Source: Octopus sinensis (Eukaryota). Taken from it: a stretch of 64,000 nucleotides of DNA. A program made the translations under genes and the position numbers. The notes under the pieces are model-generated. The model worked only from the letters and a program-made list of their open reading frames with translations, was not told the DNA's origin and did not search any database. The stretch is taken from the NCBI RefSeq assembly GCF_006345805.1, contig NC_043013.1, forward strand, positions 15,376,001 through 15,440,000, in the 5' to 3' direction. Shown one piece after another: positions 25,630-38,758 of the stretch (its first letter is position 1; each line of letters begins with the position of its first letter).

Positions 25630-25971
25630 TATTTGCTTGCATTACCCTGGCACCTGTGCCAGTGGCACGTAAAAAGCACCATCTGTATGTGGCCGATGCC
25701 AGTGCCACCTTGGCTGGCTTCCGTGCCAGTGGCACGTAAAAAGCACCAACTAATCGTGGCCCTTGCCAGCCTACCCTGGCACCTGTGCTGGTGGCACGCA
25801 AAAAGCACCCACTACACTCACGGAGTGGTTGGCGTTAGGAAGGGCATCCAGCTGTAGAAACACTGCCAGATCAGACTGGAGCCTGGTGCAGCCTCCTGGC
25901 TTCCCAGACCCCAGTCGAACTGTCCATCCCATGCTAGCATGGAAAACGGACGTTAAACGATGATGATGATA
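25630..25971 (+). mobile_element. RTE 3'-end repeat
   Basis: ggcacgtaaaaagcacc subrepeats, CCATGCTAGCATGG palindrome, (GAT)n tail. Confidence 0.85.
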
Positions 25972-26590
25972 AGATGCCCTTTTTTTAAAAAAAAAACTTT
26001 TTTAAAGGTATCAAAAGATTGTCCTTCATCTAATGCAACTGTATTATGAATAAGGAGACCAAGTGTTGTAAGCTAGGAAGCTGGATAAGAATAAACTTAC
26101 TAGGCTCAATGATTCTTACTAATAAAATATTGAAACCAAACCAAAATATCACACTTTGATATCCCAAAAGTAACTGGCTCTCCATCAGTTACAGCAATTA
26201 GGACTCCAGTTGATCTGATCTATGGGACAGCCTGCTCATGAAATTAACATGCATGTGGCCGAGTACTCCACAGACACATATACTCTTAATGTAGTTCTCA
26301 GGGAGATTCAGTGTGACACAGAGTGTGACAAAGCTGGCTCTTTGAATTGCAGGTACAACTCATTTTTGCCAGCTGAGTGGACTGGAGCAATGTGGAATAA
26401 AGTGTCTTGCTCAAGGATGCAACACACCACCAGGAATCGAACTAATGGCCTTGAGTCTTATGAAAAAATTACTTAGGTAATTTTGTGGGGAAGTCACATC
26501 ATCTCATTTACCTCCTTCCTTGGCATACATAACTTGCTGCTGATGTGTCTTTATTTAGTGATTCTGTTGCCTTTAAGAAATATATTATAA

Positions 26591-26948
26591 CTAGCAGTAT
26601 GACCCAGCGTTGCTGGGTCATATTGCTATTGCATGCATATACAGCTTCGTGCGTGCGCACATACACACGAGTACTGTCCAAATTTCCGACCAATCACATA
26701 CAGCTAGCTGGCATTCAATTGGCGTATCAAGTTTCGGGCATTTTGATTGGGTTTTGGATAGAAAATTCACAAAAAAGTCACTTCTATTGATTTTTTTAAT
26801 GGCTTTGCTGGGGAAATGTAAAGATGTGCACGACCACCCTTGGACAGTTTTAAATGACCATAGAAAGTGCGAGCCCTCTAACTGAAAAATTGTGGATTTG
26901 TATAAAGGACACACAGACAGACAGACATTTTGCTGTTTATATATATAG
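26591..26948 (-). mobile_element. Non-autonomous Helitron, second family
   Basis: CTAG end with a perfect 9-bp hairpin TGACCCAGC-gtt-GCTGGGTCA; (CAGA)n near the other end. Confidence 0.78.
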
Positions 26949-27354
26949 TGATTATTTTAAATGAAAACTCTCCTCAAAAGATGAACAGTATATTAAACCT
27001 TCATTGGTGTCTCAGTCATTTGCAATGAGTGTATAACGACAAATCCATGGTGGTGGTGCACTATCCTGGTGGTTTTTATCCTGTATGACAATTCTCTTGA
27101 CCAAACGATAAACAACTATGCTGTTGATCCAGAAGAAGATAAAGTTGAAATAGTTTAACAATTCCACCAGTCATGTACTCTAGACTGGTACTTTATTGAA
27201 CCTGGAAGGATAAAATGTTAAGTTGACCATGGCTGGATATAAACTCAGAATGCAGTAAAGTGCATCTAGAGACAATAAATTCTGCAGAGCAGTTTTCTGA
27301 TTTGCTCCTAATGATTGTACCAGCTCAGCAGCCACAGCACCAACACAGATTGTG

Positions 27355-27710
27355 TATTTATGTTGCATGACTGTTTGACAAGAAGCTTGCTTCCCAATCA
27401 CATGCTTCCGGGTTCAGTCCCACAGCATGGCAACTTGGGCAAGTGTCTTCTACTATGGCCTTGGGCCAACCAAAGCCTTGTGAGTGGATTTAGTAGACAG
27501 AAACTAAAAGAAGCCCGTCGTGTGTGTATTTGTGTGTGTGTGTCTATACCCCTACCATCGCTTAAAAACCGATGTTGGTGTGTTTACATCCCCATAACTT
27601 ATCGGTTCAGCAAAAGAGACTGATAGAATAAGTACTAGGCTTATTTGTAAGTCCTGGGGTCGATATGTTCGATTAAAGGAGGTGCTCCAGCATGGCCACA
27701 GTCAAATGAC
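27355..27710 (+). mobile_element. SINE family S1
   Basis: Same body, diverged. Confidence 0.8.
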
Positions 27711-28011
27711 AGCAGCAATAAAACAACATCATGTTTAAAACATCAAGAATATACGTTATCGTTATTGTCATTAATTTATGAAGGTTGAGCATTGTACTTT
27801 TAATTTGGTGTTAGTATGAATTTTGTGGTATTTGACTTACATGGCAGGCTCCCATGCCTTCCCCCACCTTTTCCTAAACTGACACATACATACCCCACTC
27901 CCACAGATAGACATGTTTCAGGGTGTCTATATGTACATGTAATTGATAAATAGCTGACTGGACAGATAGATAAGTAGGTGAATATAGACGGATTGTTAGG
28001 TTAGTGTTACC

Positions 28012-28024
28012 ATAGATAGATAAG

Positions 28025-28068
<44 letters not shown>

Positions 28069-28076
28069 CAGATAAG

Positions 28077-28108
<32 letters not shown>

Positions 28109-28176
28109 CAGATAAGTAGATAGATAGATAGACAGATAGATAATATAGATAGGTAGGTAGGTAGATAGATAGATAA

Positions 28177-28212
<36 letters not shown>
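28012..28212. repeat. (GATA)n microsatellite followed by (TA)n
   Basis: Directly visible; representative of dozens of (TA)n, (TG)n, (CA)n, (GA)n and (TATC)n tracts in the window. Confidence 0.95.
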
Positions 28213-28213
<1 letters not shown>

Positions 28214-28214
<1 letters not shown>

Positions 28215-28820
28215 TAGCAGTATCGCCCGGCGTTGCTCGGGTTTGTAAGGGAAATAACTATATAAGCATTTTTAGAGAGTTATAGCCAAAAAATAGCAAA
28301 AAATGCATTAAAAATGGAAAAAATATGATGGTAAATTTTTTTTTAAATCGTTGACTCATCGTAGACATTTTTAGAGAGTTACTTCCCTTATATAATAGCG
28401 AAAAAATGCATTAAAATGGAAAAAAAACGATGGTAAATTTTTTTTTAAATCGTAGACTCATGTAGACGCTTTCTTAGCCATTTCTCTTTTGGTGTCTTCA
28501 AGCCATGAAGTCGTTGTTCTAAAAGAACGCTGGTCTCCTTGACAACGCATTACGACGTTGATTTCCTTACGACGTTGATTTCCTTACACTCCCTTCCCCA
28601 CAGGTGCAGGTGTGAGCGTGGACGCCAACTCCACCGCCATCGACACACGAAAAATTATGCATTAAAATGGAATAAAAAATAATACTCAGACGGGCTCGAT
28701 ATGAATCACGACTATAAGCTACCCGAATTTGGTTAAACTGCACCGCAAAATGTGGGAGTAGTTAGGAATCTAAATCGAAGGGGACAGACACTCACACAAC
28801 TACAGTTTTATATATATAGA
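28214..28820 (-). mobile_element. Non-autonomous Helitron
   Basis: On the minus strand: A|TC 5' end at 28820, CCCG-N8-CGGG hairpin at 28226-28241, then CTAG|T 3' end at 28214; inserted in (TA)n. Confidence 0.8.
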
Positions 28821-28829
28821 TATACATAG

Positions 28830-29428
28830 CGCAGTAGTGGTGAGATGTGACAGCAAAGAAAAGCATACATTCACTCTCTGCATGCAATTAGACTCGGAAA
28901 GTTCGTGAGGAACCCATTGACCCAATTTGCTGACTTTTCCGATAGCACACAGGTCTCAATGAATGGTTGAATGACCAAATCCAAGCTTCTCTGCTAGTTC
29001 CTCAACAGTTACGATGAGATTTTGTTCCACCAGGGTTTTCAGGATGTCCTTGTCGAGTTCTACAGATCTTTCAGGATGAGGCTCGTCTTCTAGGCTGTAG
29101 TTTATGGCTCGGAATTTCTGGAACCACCATTGACACTGCCTTACGCTTATTGTCCAATCCCCATATACTGCATTAATATTTCTTGTACTTTCCGTTGCGT
29201 TGTTGTCTTTATTGAACTCAAAGCAAAATATGCCAAATATGCTCCTTTGTTACTTCCAACATAGCTTTGAAAAAAATAGCTGTTAAAATCGAAATGCACT
29301 CTTCAAAACTTGCACTATGAATAAGGACAAGATAAAATTACTACCTGCTTTTATAGCAAGTTAATATAAGTAGTTTATCCCATTCCCCTCTGACTTTTAG
29401 TTCAAGCTGTTGAAAAAACCGCATTATT
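28830..29428 (-). mobile_element. Mariner 5' half (same family as 48826)
   Basis: Broken frames read EVTKEHIWH...WWFQKFRA..YSLEDEP...GKVSKLGQWVPHEL. Confidence 0.85.
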
Positions 29429-30446
29429 ATATATATATACATACATACATACATACATATACACACACACTCTCTCTCACACACATGCACACATTTATAT
29501 TCTGTTATTCTTTTATATGTTTCAGCCTTGAGGTTGTGGCCATGCTGGATCATGTGTGTGTGTGTGTGTGTGTGTGTCTATCTGTCTGTCTGTCTGTATG
29601 TATATATGTATATGTATGTGTGTGAACAACAATATTTTCAACAGATGTGTTGCAAATGTATCTGATTGTTCTCAAGCTTCAAATTTACTCTCTTCCAAGA
29701 ACATTTTCACTCACTCTTATTTGTTAGCTTCCCATACATTTTACTCATGTATCTATCAGCGTTCATGGACAGTAACAAATATTACATCTAGTTTCATTTT
29801 ATTCGTTACACAGTGTGTGTGTGCGTTTGCGTGTGCTGTAAACCAGACTAAGAAAAGCATTTGACACACACACCAGAATGTGAGTTTTCTGTAAATTTTG
29901 CTTAATTGGAGTTTAAATTTTAAAAACTGGAGCTGGCATGACGCGATGCATTGTACTCTTAAAATTGCTAGGTAAATTGTAATTGAAGAAATCCTATATT
30001 GTAGATTTGTATAACTCCCAAAGGGAGGCAGATAAAATCTGCCTTTTATAATAAGAGATATATATATATATATATATATAGATAGATAGATAGATAGATA
30101 GGCAGATACATAGCTAGACAAACAGATAATACAGATTTATAGATAGCTGGGCAGACATATACAGAGGTAAGTAAGCAGATATATGAATAGACAGATGGAT
30201 ATATTGCTAGATAAATAGTTAGACATACAAATAGATACATAGTTAAAGAGATAGATTGATATGTAGATAGACAGGCAGGCAGGTAGATAGATAGATATAT
30301 GGAGGGGTGTAAAGGTACATATATAGAAAAATGTAAAGGAAGAGAAATTATTACAACTAGAAGTGGGGTTTGTACCTTTAAAAACAAGGAACTTTCCACA
30401 GAGTTTCTTAACATTCATTGCTAATTTTTTTTTTTCCTTTCTCTAG

Positions 30447-30595
30447 GTAATTGTTTCAATGCTATCTGTGCCCGCCATATTCTACAGACCAAAAGGACGA
30501 GAAGAAGATTCCGATTCTTCAAGAGAGAAGTTCCAAGTGCCTGAGAGTGACCATTTAACTTATCTGAATGTCTATCAGCAATGGAAAAGAAATGG
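30447..30595 (+). CDS. DHX38: DHX38/PRP16 internal coding exon A (HA2 region), [49 protein letters not shown](G)
   Basis: Polypyrimidine tract + ctctag acceptor, GTGAGT donor; 149 nt, phase 0 to 2. The peptide matches the recalled PRP16 sequence [23 protein letters not shown]...[13 protein letters not shown]. Confidence 0.96.
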
Positions 30596-30999
30596 GTGAG
30601 TTAAAATATTGTAACTGTTTAACAAATCATGGAAGTTCTTGCACTATTGGTAACTAAGGGTGGATAATGAGTATGGGTGAGAGGTGAGACGTATTTATGA
30701 CTTATACATGCACACACACACACATCTGAGTGTAAATTTAATGCACTCTGTGTTTGTTTTTCGCTTTGTCTCCATGTCATATTTCTTTGTTCCATATACA
30801 ATATAAACACACATACACACAGTGATGGTGCTACATAAAGAGCACTGGTGCTGGGACCATGTAAAAAAGCACCCAGTACACTCTGTAATGTGGTTCACAT
30901 TAGGAAGGACATCCAGCTACAGAAGCCATGCCAAAACAAACAAAGGAGCCTGGTGTGGCCCCTGGCCTTATCAACTCCCATGTAACCATCCAACCCATG

Positions 31000-31342
31000 C
31001 TTGGCACTATGACCTGGCAACGCCGGGTCATATACAGCTGTGTGCGTGCGCACATACACGCGAGTACTGTCCAAATCTCCGACCAATCACATACAGCTAG
31101 CTGGCATTCAATTGGCGTATCAAGTTTCGTGCATTTTGATTGGGTTTTGGATAGAAAATTCACAAAAAAGTCACTTCTATTGATTTTTTAATGGCTTTGC
31201 GTGGTGACTGGGGAAATGTAAAGATGTGCACGACCACCCTTGGACGGTTTTGAATGACTATAGAAAGAGCCAGCCCTCTAACTGAAAAATTGTGGATTTG
31301 TATAAAGGACACACACACAGACATTTTGCCGTTTATATATAG
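31000..31342 (-). mobile_element. Non-autonomous Helitron, second family (copy of 26591-26948)
   Basis: High identity to 26591-26948; terminus mutated. Confidence 0.75.
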
Positions 31343-32755
31343 CCTTTTGTTTAGTGTTGACTGTTGGAAAAAAAGAGTACTTGAAACTAGAGTAGAGATT
31401 AATATTTTATTTTGGTTGAATCTTACTATTCTGAGATTCATCTATGGGTACACAGAGTCGTCAGACAAGTCATGGCAGATGACTTACCTGACAACCCTGT
31501 GCACCCACAGGCAAAAGCACAGAGCAGCAAGGGACTGGCTTGAGCGAAAGAAATATTTTGTCTTGCTTACAGAATGTAGGGTATATAACCTTGAGCAGTG
31601 TAAAAAGCTGGTTGCATGTGGTCTCACACAATCTTAATTCTTCTGCTGATCTTGTTTATTTATGTTCCAAGTTATTGATAAAAATAACTGCTTGCAGTTA
31701 TGGCCGAATAAAATATGTTAATTTGGTTTACACAGTGGGAATTAATTCCTATGTTAGTGTTAATTAAGAAATTGGTAATAACTCTTACAAGATGAGAAGC
31801 AGTAATTTAGGCATTCGTAATAGAATGTAATTCGATATGTGAGGGTGTATATGTACATGTGAATGTGTGTATGTGTGTGTGTGTGTGTTTACACATGTAT
31901 GTGTGGGCTTAAGATGTTTGCCTGACAACCATGTTTTTGTGTTCTGTTCCACTGTATGACACCTGAGGCACGTGTTTTACTGCAGGTCTCGGCCAGCTAT
32001 TTTTTTTAAGTGCCAATTGCATAAAGTGGATAGTACTTGTGGAAAATATGAGATGAAGTAGTGAGGGATGATCTGAAGATGTTGAGCCTCGTGGAGGAGA
32101 TGGCAATAAACCAAGATGTCTGGTGATATGATGAGCTTTTTGAGGAGACCTGTGGAACTGAGTTCTGGAAGCACTGTGTATTATGTGTTCTTCATCTACA
32201 CATTCTGAGGAATTACAACCGTGTTTTGTGGTCTGCTACCACTACAGCTCCTTTATAGGATCCAGTTAGCTCAAGACATCATCAGGAGGAACCATGTCCG
32301 GTTTTGGCCCCTACTCCTCTACCGTTTTGACGTGGCAGGGCCCCCCCTTTCGGAGGTGTCTTCAGCTCTGGTGTTGGGTGCATGTCTTCTTTCTTCTTCT
32401 TTCTTCTGTTCCCTGGCCTCTTCGATGTTGTCATATTAATTCACCCCACACCGAATGAATCAAGCCACTTCTCTTCATACGGTATGCTTGCCTCTTCCTC
32501 CCCTGTTTCTGCAACCCATCACCACTTTGTCATCTCTCTCTCTCTCCTGTCCTCTCCCTGTCAACTGCATCATTGTCATTCCTGCTGCTCCACTGTACTC
32601 TCATGTTCATCACTCACTGTATTCTCCTTTTACTTCCCTCTCTCTCTCTCTCTCCAACTCTCCTTTTGCACCCTTGTGAACTCCCTGCTCACTCACCCTG
32701 TTCAATCCTCTATACCACTCTCCTTATATTCATCTCCTTATACCTTGAGGGTAAA

Positions 32756-32983
32756 GGTGGTGAGCTGGCAGAAACATTAGCATGCCGGGCGAAATGCGTA
32801 GCCGTATTTCGTCTGCTGTTACCTTCCAATTCAAATTCCGCTGAGGTCGACTTTGCCTTTCATCCTTTCAGGGTCGATAAATTAAGTACCAGTTAACGCA
32901 CTGGGGTCGATGTAATCGACTTAATCCCTTTGTCTGTCCTTGTTTGTCCCCTCTGTGTTTAGCCCTTTGTGGGTAGTAAAGAA
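32756..32983 (+). mobile_element. SINE family S2
   Basis: Same consensus as 7768. Confidence 0.87.
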
Positions 32984-33782
32984 TTATATACCTTGAGGGT
33001 ATGCCCTGGCATATCTTCTCCGCCATCTTCTCTTTCTCTATCTGACTAGGGCAGTACTGTATCTCCTGCACAGCAAGACACCTGTTTCTGTCCCTCTATC
33101 ATAGTTTTACCGCTTATCACTTGGCACAAAGTTGAGGAGGTTCTTTGTCATACAAGTTACTTGGTGACCTCACTGGTGCTGGTGGTTGCTGTTAGGAAGG
33201 GCATCCAACCATAGTAACAAATTCCAAACCTGAAAGTAGAGTTTGACGTGGTCACCTGGTTTTCTAACCATGAACTGTCCAACCCATGCCAGCATGGAAA
33301 ATGGATGTTAAATGATGACGTTGATGATGGTGATGATGATGATCGTTGTTTCGATTACCAGATCAGGCATTGTGTTGCATTCTTGAGCAGAACACTTCAT
33401 TTCCTGTCGCTCTGCGATCGTTTCATTGTCAGACATGTGGCATGTCATGCACCTGCACAGGTATTGTTAATTCGATGCAGGAAGGGAGCTTATGTGCACA
33501 CGCAAACATTTTATCATTGTAAACAAATTGTCTGTGTGGGTTGTTCGGCAAGAAATTGCAGAACACTCACATGTCATCAAACGACGGGAGAGTCTGTGAC
33601 ACACACACACACACACACAGACACTCTCATGCATGCACGCACTCATGCACACTTCCAGGCGCACACACACACACACACACACCACACACACACACACTCA
33701 CTTAATTCATCCATATGTATTCACACAATTGCAATTAAGAGAACAGATAAAAGAGTTGCATTTTCAAAACTAGAACCTGTTC

Positions 33783-33841
<59 letters not shown>

Positions 33842-34609
33842 TATATACATATATATTTTACATATTACTTTGTTGCTTTAATGCTTGTCTTGTTCTCTTT
33901 TTGCTTTCTTTCTTTCGCCTTTTATGTCCCTATCTGCTACATTACCGTTTGTAATACACACCAATACACACACACAATGAATTTATATTTGCACACGTCA
34001 CATTATTTTTTTCTCATTTTTATTTGTCTACAATATTTTACTTTTTTTTTTTAGTTTGATTTACTTGTATATTTATTAGCATTTTAATGTAAAAATAACA
34101 TAAAAACACAATTATGACTCAGACATACAATGAAAATTGGAGAAACGAAAGACATCAAAATATACAAGCAAATAATCCTTTCTACTATAGGCACAAAGCC
34201 TGAAATTTTTGGGGAAGGCACTAGTTGAATACATCAGTCCCAGTGCATTACTGGTACTTATTTCATTGGCCCCGAAAGGATGAAAGGCAATGTTGATAAT
34301 AGTAATAATAACAATGATGATGATTTCAAATTTTATTACATGGCCTGTAATTTTAGGAGGAGATGGTTAGTTGTTTACATTAACCCCAGTATTTTACTGG
34401 TACTTTATTTTATCAACTTTGTAAAAGTGAATGGTAAAGTCGACACTGTCGAGATTTGAACTCAGAATGTCAAGAACCAGAAGAACTACCACCGGACATT
34501 TTGTCTGTGGCACTAATGTTTTGTCTGATGTGCATACAGCCACTCACTTCAATAACATTATGTATGTATGTATGTCCGTCTGTTTGTCCATCCGTCCGTC
34601 CGTCACAGT

Positions 34610-34838
34610 ATGGAGGAGGACCTGCTGTGAAGAACCTCGATCTGGGTATGTACATCAAGTACTGAAATAATGGTTCCATATTTGACCTACACCACCAAAA
34701 TGAAGATTAAGGAAAAGCTCATCCTCGAAGCCCTCTTTGCAGATGACTCTGCCCTCATGGCCCACAAGGAAAATCACCTCTAGATCATTGTCATCCATTT
34801 TGTCAAGGCATCCAGATTCTTTGGTCTGACCATCAGTC
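34610..34838 (+). mobile_element. RTE-BovB-like reverse transcriptase fragment
   Basis: Broken frame reads GSIFDL...KEKLILEALFADDSALMAH...FFGLTIS, containing the (Y/F)ADD catalytic motif. Confidence 0.75.
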
Positions 34839-34840
34839 CA

Positions 34841-35397
34841 GGTTTAGTCCATTTTGAACTTTTAAACCCAAACCAAATGATAACAAAGGAGATCTACTGT
34901 GAGCAGCTTGAGCGGCTTAAGTCAACACTAGAAGAAAAATGACCATTTTTGGTTTCAAGATGAAAGGTGTTCTTCCATCAGGATAATGCTTGGCTACACA
35001 CAGCGAGGATGGTATTCCAAAGGCTGAAACATTTTGAATGGGAAATGATGTCCCACCAGCTATATATTTGCTGGACATTGCCCTATCTGATTACCATTTA
35101 TTTCATAGTCCTAAAAATCAATAGGATGAGTAAAATATGAATTCTGTACTCAAAGTCAGAACTATACTGGAGAAGTATTTTTCATCACAGATAAGTGAAT
35201 TTTGGAAGAGGGGCCTTGCAAGTCTACCAGATTGATGGAAGAGCAGTGTAGAAAATGAAGGAGAAAATATTTTAGATTAAAAAAGAACTTTGTTTATCTT
35301 AGTTTATCTTATATTTTTTAATATAAAAATAGATATATTTCTTCTTATATTAAAAAGAAATATAAAAAAACCGTATTATTTATGGGATGGCCCAATA
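34841..35397 (+). mobile_element. Mariner 3' half (same family as 48826)
   Basis: Aligns to 49316-49831 and ends in the TIR ...atttatgggatggcccaata. Confidence 0.87.
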
Positions 35398-35431
35398 AAT
35401 ATATATATATATATTATATATATATATATAT

Positions 35432-35659
35432 ATCATCATCATCATCATCATCGTTTAACGTCCGCTTTCCATGCTAGCATGGGTTGGACGGTTCAACTGG
35501 GGTCTGGCAAGCCCGAAGGCTGCACCAGGCCAGTCAGATCTGGCAGTGTTTCTACAGCTGGATGCCCTTCCTAACGCCAACCACTCCGAGAGTGTAGTGG
35601 GTGATTTTATGTGCCACCGACACAGGTGCCAGACGAGGCTGGCAGACGGCCACGCTCGG

Positions 35660-35660
<1 letters not shown>
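35432..35660 (-). mobile_element. RTE 3'-end repeat
   Basis: Family consensus; near-identical to the copy at 57100-57315 (opposite orientation). Confidence 0.85.
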
Positions 35661-35717
<57 letters not shown>

Positions 35718-35751
35718 TACATATATACATACACGCACACACACCTTTTAT

Positions 35752-36140
35752 CTATTACTTGTTTCAGTTATTAGGCTGTGGCCATACTGGGGTACTACCT
35801 TGAAGAATTTTAGTTGTATGAATGAATTGAACCTGGTACTTATTTTATTTTAAAGCCTGGTACTTATCGTAAGCACTTTTTGCTGAACCACTAAGTTATG
35901 GAGACATAAGCATACAAGCACTGGTTGTCAAATGGCGCTGGGCAATAAACACACACACACACACATACATCCACATGCATATATTTATATATATATGATG
36001 GGCTTTTTTTAGTTTCTGTCTACCAGATCCACTCAGAATACTTTTAGTTGGCCTGAGGTTATAGTTGAAGACAGTAGCCCAAGGTACCACTGAGTGGGAC
36101 TGAACCTGGAACCATGTAGTCAGGAAGCAAATTTCTTACA
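35752..36140 (-). mobile_element. SINE family S1 (degenerate)
   Basis: Reverse-complement match to S1. Confidence 0.75.
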
Positions 36141-36182
36141 TGAAAGCCCCCTCCCCCACCACTCTATGTGTATGTGTGTGTG

Positions 36183-36237
<55 letters not shown>

Positions 36238-36256
36238 ATATATATATATATATATA

Positions 36257-37294
36257 GGTAAACAGTAAAATTAAATACAGACATGGACAAGAACATGAAA
36301 CACCACAGAGACGACACAAGAACCACAGGACGGGACATTCGAAGCCCTCAGTCATCAGTCAAGAACCAGATCATCTTAGAATTTCGGCTGATTAATCTTG
36401 AGAATTGCTCCGATATGGCAACCCGCCAAGGGAAATCTAAGCCAGCGCATTAGATCCCCTGGAAGAAAGCTTCGAATGTATACAACAAAGGACGGAAAAC
36501 GATCGAAGTACACAAACCAAAATACAGAATACGTGACACCAATAGAATACAAAAACGTAAAAACAATAACGGTAAAATAAAATAAACCACACAACAAAAC
36601 CAGGACGTAGGACAAGGGTCTTTCGACGGACGATTTGAGTAGGGCTGGCTTGTGAAGTTGTGCCAAAGGCCACGGGGAGACGAACAATCCGTGTTGCTTC
36701 TGAGGCTGCTGAAACGAAAAGAGCGCTCAACAGTCGGCTGTGCGTGAGAACAAAAGACAGGAGAAAGGGACAATGAAAAGGGAGAGAAGGTGGACGAGAG
36801 GAAGAAAGAGACAGATCGAGGGGGCTGGAGGTGAGAGAGATAGAGAAAACGTAGAAAGGGGGGGGGGACGGATGGAGAGGGAAAGAACGGAAGTGGAATA
36901 AGGGAGGAGGGAGAGAGAGAAAAAGAGGACAGATTAAGTCGTATCAAGCTTGAGAAAAAATATACTTATCGTATAAGGACAATTGTGATACGTAGCCGCC
37001 GATTATATAGGTAAACATTAAAATTAAATACAGACATGGACAAGAACATGAAACACCACAGAGACGACACAAGAACCACAGGACGGGACATTCGAAGCCC
37101 TCAGTCATCAGTCAAGAACCAGATCATCTTAGCAATTTCGGCTGATTAATCTTGAGATTGCCCGATATGGCCAGCCCGCCAAGGGAAATCTAAGCCAAGC
37201 GCATTAGATCCCCTGGAAGAAAGCTTCGAATGTATACAACGAAAGGACGGAAAACGATCGAAGTACACAAACAAAACAGAATACGTGACACCAA
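36257..37294. mobile_element. Young non-coding element bounded by ~285-bp direct repeats (36257-36542, 37010-37294)
   Basis: Near-identical direct repeats 753 bp apart, CpG-rich, purine-rich interior, inserted in (TA)n/(TATC)n. Confidence 0.7.
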
Positions 37295-37295
37295 A

Positions 37296-37345
<50 letters not shown>

Positions 37346-37371
37346 TACATACATACACCACACGCATACAT

Positions 37372-38758
37372 AACAGGATGATGCATCAGTTTTTTTATTC
37401 ATTTGTATGGTATTTGGAAAAGGACACATAGCTCATCAAAGAAATGCTGTATTTGAAAAGAAATTGGTACAAATATTCTTGAGAATCCTTTGATCACACC
37501 TATTCAATGAATCCAACATTAACATCAAAGACTGCTTCAATACAGGATCAGGAGTGTTGACAGCCCTAATCAGATAATCTTTATTCATTTTGGACATAGT
37601 GCTGGTTACGGTGGATGTAAGGTTTACGTTGTGTCATGGGGTGTTGATTGACCTCTCTCTAAATGACACCTCATACATAATAGTCCAGTAGATTGAGGTC
37701 TGGTGAGCGAGAAGGACATGTATCTAGAACATCATCATTATGGAGATTGGCATGCAGCCATGCTTGAATTGTCTTAGCCTTATGAGACAGTGCCGAGTCT
37801 TGTTGGAAGATGTATGGTCTTCTGTTGCATATTCTATCCATCCAAAGCCTTACAGCTTTTTCCAACACCTCTGTGTAGACAGGGCCCTGTGAAAAAAAGT
37901 GAGGTGGCATGACATCTTCCTCATTGCTGATGACTCCCACAACCATCACAGTTGTTGGAATTTAGTATGCATGACTGATGAAACCTCATTTGTGTCTCTG
38001 CATAACCATCTATGTTTCCTTTGGTTTATCTTCTGGTTCTGATCAAAATTTTTCTCATCATAGAAAATCCAAAGTATTCCAGCCTCTTGGTGTTTAAACT
38101 CATTTACCAAGTGCTTTGCATGGATCAAAATCATTCCCTCGTTAATCTGTCATAAACTGACCCTTCTGCATCACATATGACTTGTACCAGATGCCCTCAT
38201 GTACAACTCTTCTTGTGGTGCATTTTGAAAACTTGAAGTCCTTTGCAATGGCTCTGGTTGACTTTTCAGGTATTTTATTATTTTTGGGGCTTTTAGCACA
38301 AAATTATGTGTTCTGATGCTATTAAAACTCTGTAAGGTGGCGAGCTGGCAGAAACATTAGCATGCTGGGCAAAATGCGTAGCTGTATTTCGTCTGCCGTT
38401 ACGTTCTGAGTTCAAATTCCGTCAAGGTCGATTTTGCCTTTCATCCTTTCGGAGTCGATAAATTAAGTACCAGTTGTGCACTGGGGTCGATGTAATCGAC
38501 TTAATCCGTTTGTCTGTCCTTGTTTGTTCCCTTTGTGTTTAGCCCCTTGTGGGTAGTTAAGAAATAGGTATTAAAACTCTGTGCATGTGTTTTGCATTTA
38601 GCTGCTGATGTTGGATCCCCATCGGCAGCTTCCAGATCTTTTTGAACATTGACAACACAGGATTTGGCAGCTCTCAGGATGTGGGCTATCTCTGTGGCAT
38701 TATGTGGTGTTTTTCAGGCAATGATTACAGTTTGCCTTTTCATTTGCTGAGTCACCCT
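37372..38758 (-). mobile_element. Degenerate DD37D transposon (second family)
   Basis: ORFs 37671-37949 (FQQDSALSHKAKTIQAWL...SPDLNLLDY) and 37946-38134 (FYDEKNFDQNQKINQRKHRWL); interrupted by an S2 SINE. Confidence 0.82.
38336..38570 (+). mobile_element. SINE family S2 inserted in a DD37D transposon
   Basis: S2 consensus flanked by the direct repeat tattaaaactctgt, a target-site duplication. Confidence 0.88.

Noticed and set aside
33248-34054. Longest ORF in the track (268 aa)
   Set aside because: A patchwork of RTE tail, (CA)n, (CT)n and (TA)n; no protein-like composition.
36450-36947. 165-aa minus-strand ORF
   Set aside because: Ser/Pro/Leu/Phe-rich translation of a purine-rich repeat interior, inside a repeated element.
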